Shown piece after piece: positions 62,369 to 64,000 of a stretch of DNA of 64,000 bases (position 1 is its first letter; each line of letters starts with the position of its first letter). A program made the position numbers and the translations under genes. The DNA comes from an uncultured Chloroflexia bacterium (GTDB lineage: Bacteria > Chloroflexota > Limnocylindria > Limnocylindrales > CSP1-4). A model generated the notes under the pieces. That model did not search any database. It had not been told where the DNA came from and saw only the letters and a program-made list of their open reading frames with translations. Location of the stretch: NCBI GenBank assembly GCA_963741915.1, contig CAVUJW010000013.1:432245-496244 (forward strand). Reading direction: 5' to 3'.

Positions 62369-63040
62369 ATGACAACGCCGTATGTTCCAGCTTCGGACCC
62401 CGAGGTGCGCGCGCGTCTGCGAACCGGGGTTCGTGCCAGCCTGCCCGAGGTCGACATGATCCAGGACGCGGACCTGCGTGACCGGACTGTCGAGGCCTGG
62501 GCCTACGCGCTCTCACAGACTGAATTCGAGCGGATCGAGGATATGCCGCGCGGCGATCCTGGGGAGGCGCGCATGCTCGACCTGAGCATGGCTGACCACC
62601 TCCGAGGGACCGCGATGATTGCGATCGGCATGGCCGATGGATTCGAGCGTGTTGCCGGAGCCAGTCGCATCAATCGAGACCTGCTGTTGGCGGCCGCCCT
62701 ATGCCACGATGTCGGAAAGCCTTGGGAAATGAGTCCGCGCAACGAGGCGCGCTGGAAAGCCGACCCTGCGGCAGCCGGTAGCCCGTCGTTCAGGCACTCG
62801 GGTTACGGTCTGCATATCTGCCTCACGGTGGGTCTTCCGGAAACCGTCGCACACACAGCTGGGTACCACTCGGGCGGAGGAGAAGGTGAGTGGATCCAGC
62901 GCAGTATTGAGAACACGATCGTCTATCTGGCAGATCTGGCGTTCTGGAAGCTGGTCGAGCGGCTGGGAATGACGGAGGGCGAGATCTTCGATCCGGCGAC
63001 GACAGTGATGAAAGTCGGTATCTATCACCCTAACCGTTGA
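62369..63040 (+). CDS. HD-domain (HDIG-like) metal-dependent phosphohydrolase
   Basis: DHLRG, ALCHDVGK, RH, HS and LAD motifs; AGGAGG upstream. Confidence 0.78.
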   Translation: MTTPYVPASDPEVRARLRTGVRASLPEVDMIQDADLRDRTVEAWAYALSQTEFERIEDMPRGDPGEARMLDLSMADHLRGTAMIAIGMADGFERVAGASRINRDLLLAAALCHDVGKPWEMSPRNEARWKADPAAAGSPSFRHSGYGLHICLTVGLPETVAHTAGYHSGGGEGEWIQRSIENTIVYLADLAFWKLVERLGMTEGEIFDPATTVMKVGIYHPNR

Positions 63041-63183
63041 TTGGCGCCGACTAACCGTTGATTGGCGCCGACTAACCGTTGATTGGCGCCGACTAACCGT
63101 TGATTGGCGCCGACTAACCGTTGATTGGCGCCGACTAACCGTTGATTGGCGCCGAATGATCGTTGATTGGCGCCGAATGATCG
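63030..63183. repeat. 21-bp tandem repeat CTAACCGTTGATTGGCGCCGA: 6 perfect copies, 1 variant, 1 partial
   Basis: Read directly; head-to-tail units with no spacers. Confidence 0.95.
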
Positions 63184-63196
63184 GCGGCGGTAGCGT

Positions 63197-64000
63197 CTAC
63201 GCGCGCAGGTCGAGCACCCAGTCGTCGTCGTCCGGTGCGTCGAACACCATCGCGTCGCCCGACTCATCGGGTTTCCCGACCGCCCCGTGCCAGGTGCCGG
63301 TCCGCGGATCGAACCAGCGTGCGTTCCGGCCCTCGGTCGCCGGGCGGGCAAGCCTGATCGACCCGCCGAGCGGCGTGTAGGCCGCGATCCAGCGGCCGTC
63401 GTCAGTGCAGGCAGCGGTCACGAAGCGCAGCACGTCGGCGTCGCCCGGCTGGTCGCGCAGCATCTCCTGGGCCGGCCGGAGGCGCCACCACTCGCCCGAC
63501 TCGAGGTAGCGACGCACCACGGTCATCGATCGCGCGCCCGGCGTGTCGAGGACCCTACACCACGGCTCGAGCATCTCGGTCGCCTGGGACCGGATTCCCT
63601 GGCCGACGGGCTCCGGCTCTGAGGCCCACGCCCACAGGCTGTAGTGCCCGTAGCTGACCCCGGCGGTCGGCGTCACCAGCAGGCTCCAGTAGCTCGCGCG
63701 ACGGACCTCATGGGCGGTGAAGCGGATGCCGGTGTCGTAGGAGGGGTGATCCTCGTAATTGGGTTCGAGGTTGATGATCGGCTTCGCCGGTGCGGTGCGC
63801 CAGTCGCGCACCGCGTCGCCGTCGGGCAGCCAGCGGACCTTCTCCGGCAGATCGGAGTGGCAGGACTGGTAGCTCAGGAAGGTGACCCAGGCCTCGTCGC
63901 GGAACTCCGAGCCCACCCAGGTCCAGCCCCGCGGATGCATCGTGACCAGTGGCTCGGGCGGATCCGAATAGGCGGCGCGGCCGATCGGCCAGAACCGCTC
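63197..64000 (-). CDS. DUF4038 / GH140-like glycoside hydrolase (second copy), 5'-truncated by the window edge
   Basis: TMHP, YQSCH, KPIINLEPNYE, VRRASYW, SYGH, WFDPRTG and DWVLDL motifs. Confidence 0.78.
   Translation of the reverse strand, partial: ERFWPIGRAAYSDPPEPLVTMHPRGWTWVGSEFRDEAWVTFLSYQSCHSDLPEKVRWLPDGDAVRDWRTAPAKPIINLEPNYEDHPSYDTGIRFTAHEVRRASYWSLLVTPTAGVSYGHYSLWAWASEPEPVGQGIRSQATEMLEPWCRVLDTPGARSMTVVRRYLESGEWWRLRPAQEMLRDQPGDADVLRFVTAACTDDGRWIAAYTPLGGSIRLARPATEGRNARWFDPRTGTWHGAVGKPDESGDAMVFDAPDDDDWVLDLRA

Noticed and set aside
63030-63183. Possible CRISPR array
   Set aside because: Units are head-to-tail with no unique spacers, and no cas genes are present
63025-63351. ORF with LVGANQR heptapeptide repeats
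   Set aside because: It is an alternative frame of the DUF4038 3' end running through the DNA repeat; no SD or other coding support

Overview
High-GC bacterial DNA; the gene content and lipoprotein style suggest Chloroflexota or Actinomycetota, which is inference only. (1) 1-13056 is a purine/urate degradation cluster: guanine deaminase, three-subunit xanthine dehydrogenase, uricase, HIU hydrolase, OHCU decarboxylase, a hydantoinase-type amidohydrolase and malate synthase, plus DinB, DUF3830 and D-aminoacylase-like genes. An intact IS630 element is inserted at a CTAG site. (2) 13082-16900 is a junction of small or membrane hypothetical genes, short tandem repeats and a decayed MttB-family methyltransferase fragment. 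(3) About 16950-64000 is a large catabolic island: three ABC importer loci (four solute-binding proteins), two DUF4038/GH140-like glycosidases, a D-apionate-lactonase-like protein, an lsrK/lsrF/epimerase module, paired paralogues (DUF4432, SDR, phosphotriesterase-like) and three regulators (FadR/GntR, SorC/LsrR, YhfZ-like). Two operator-like motifs can be read directly from the intergenic DNA: tandem GGTCGACC octamers (3 regions) and TYGTTCA-N7-TGAAC (5 sites). They divide the island into two putative regulons. Dense frameshifts at about 38.6-47.8 kb are more likely sequencing indels than true decay. No rRNA, tRNA or CRISPR array was recognised. All functional calls come from motif recognition by eye, not from database searches.
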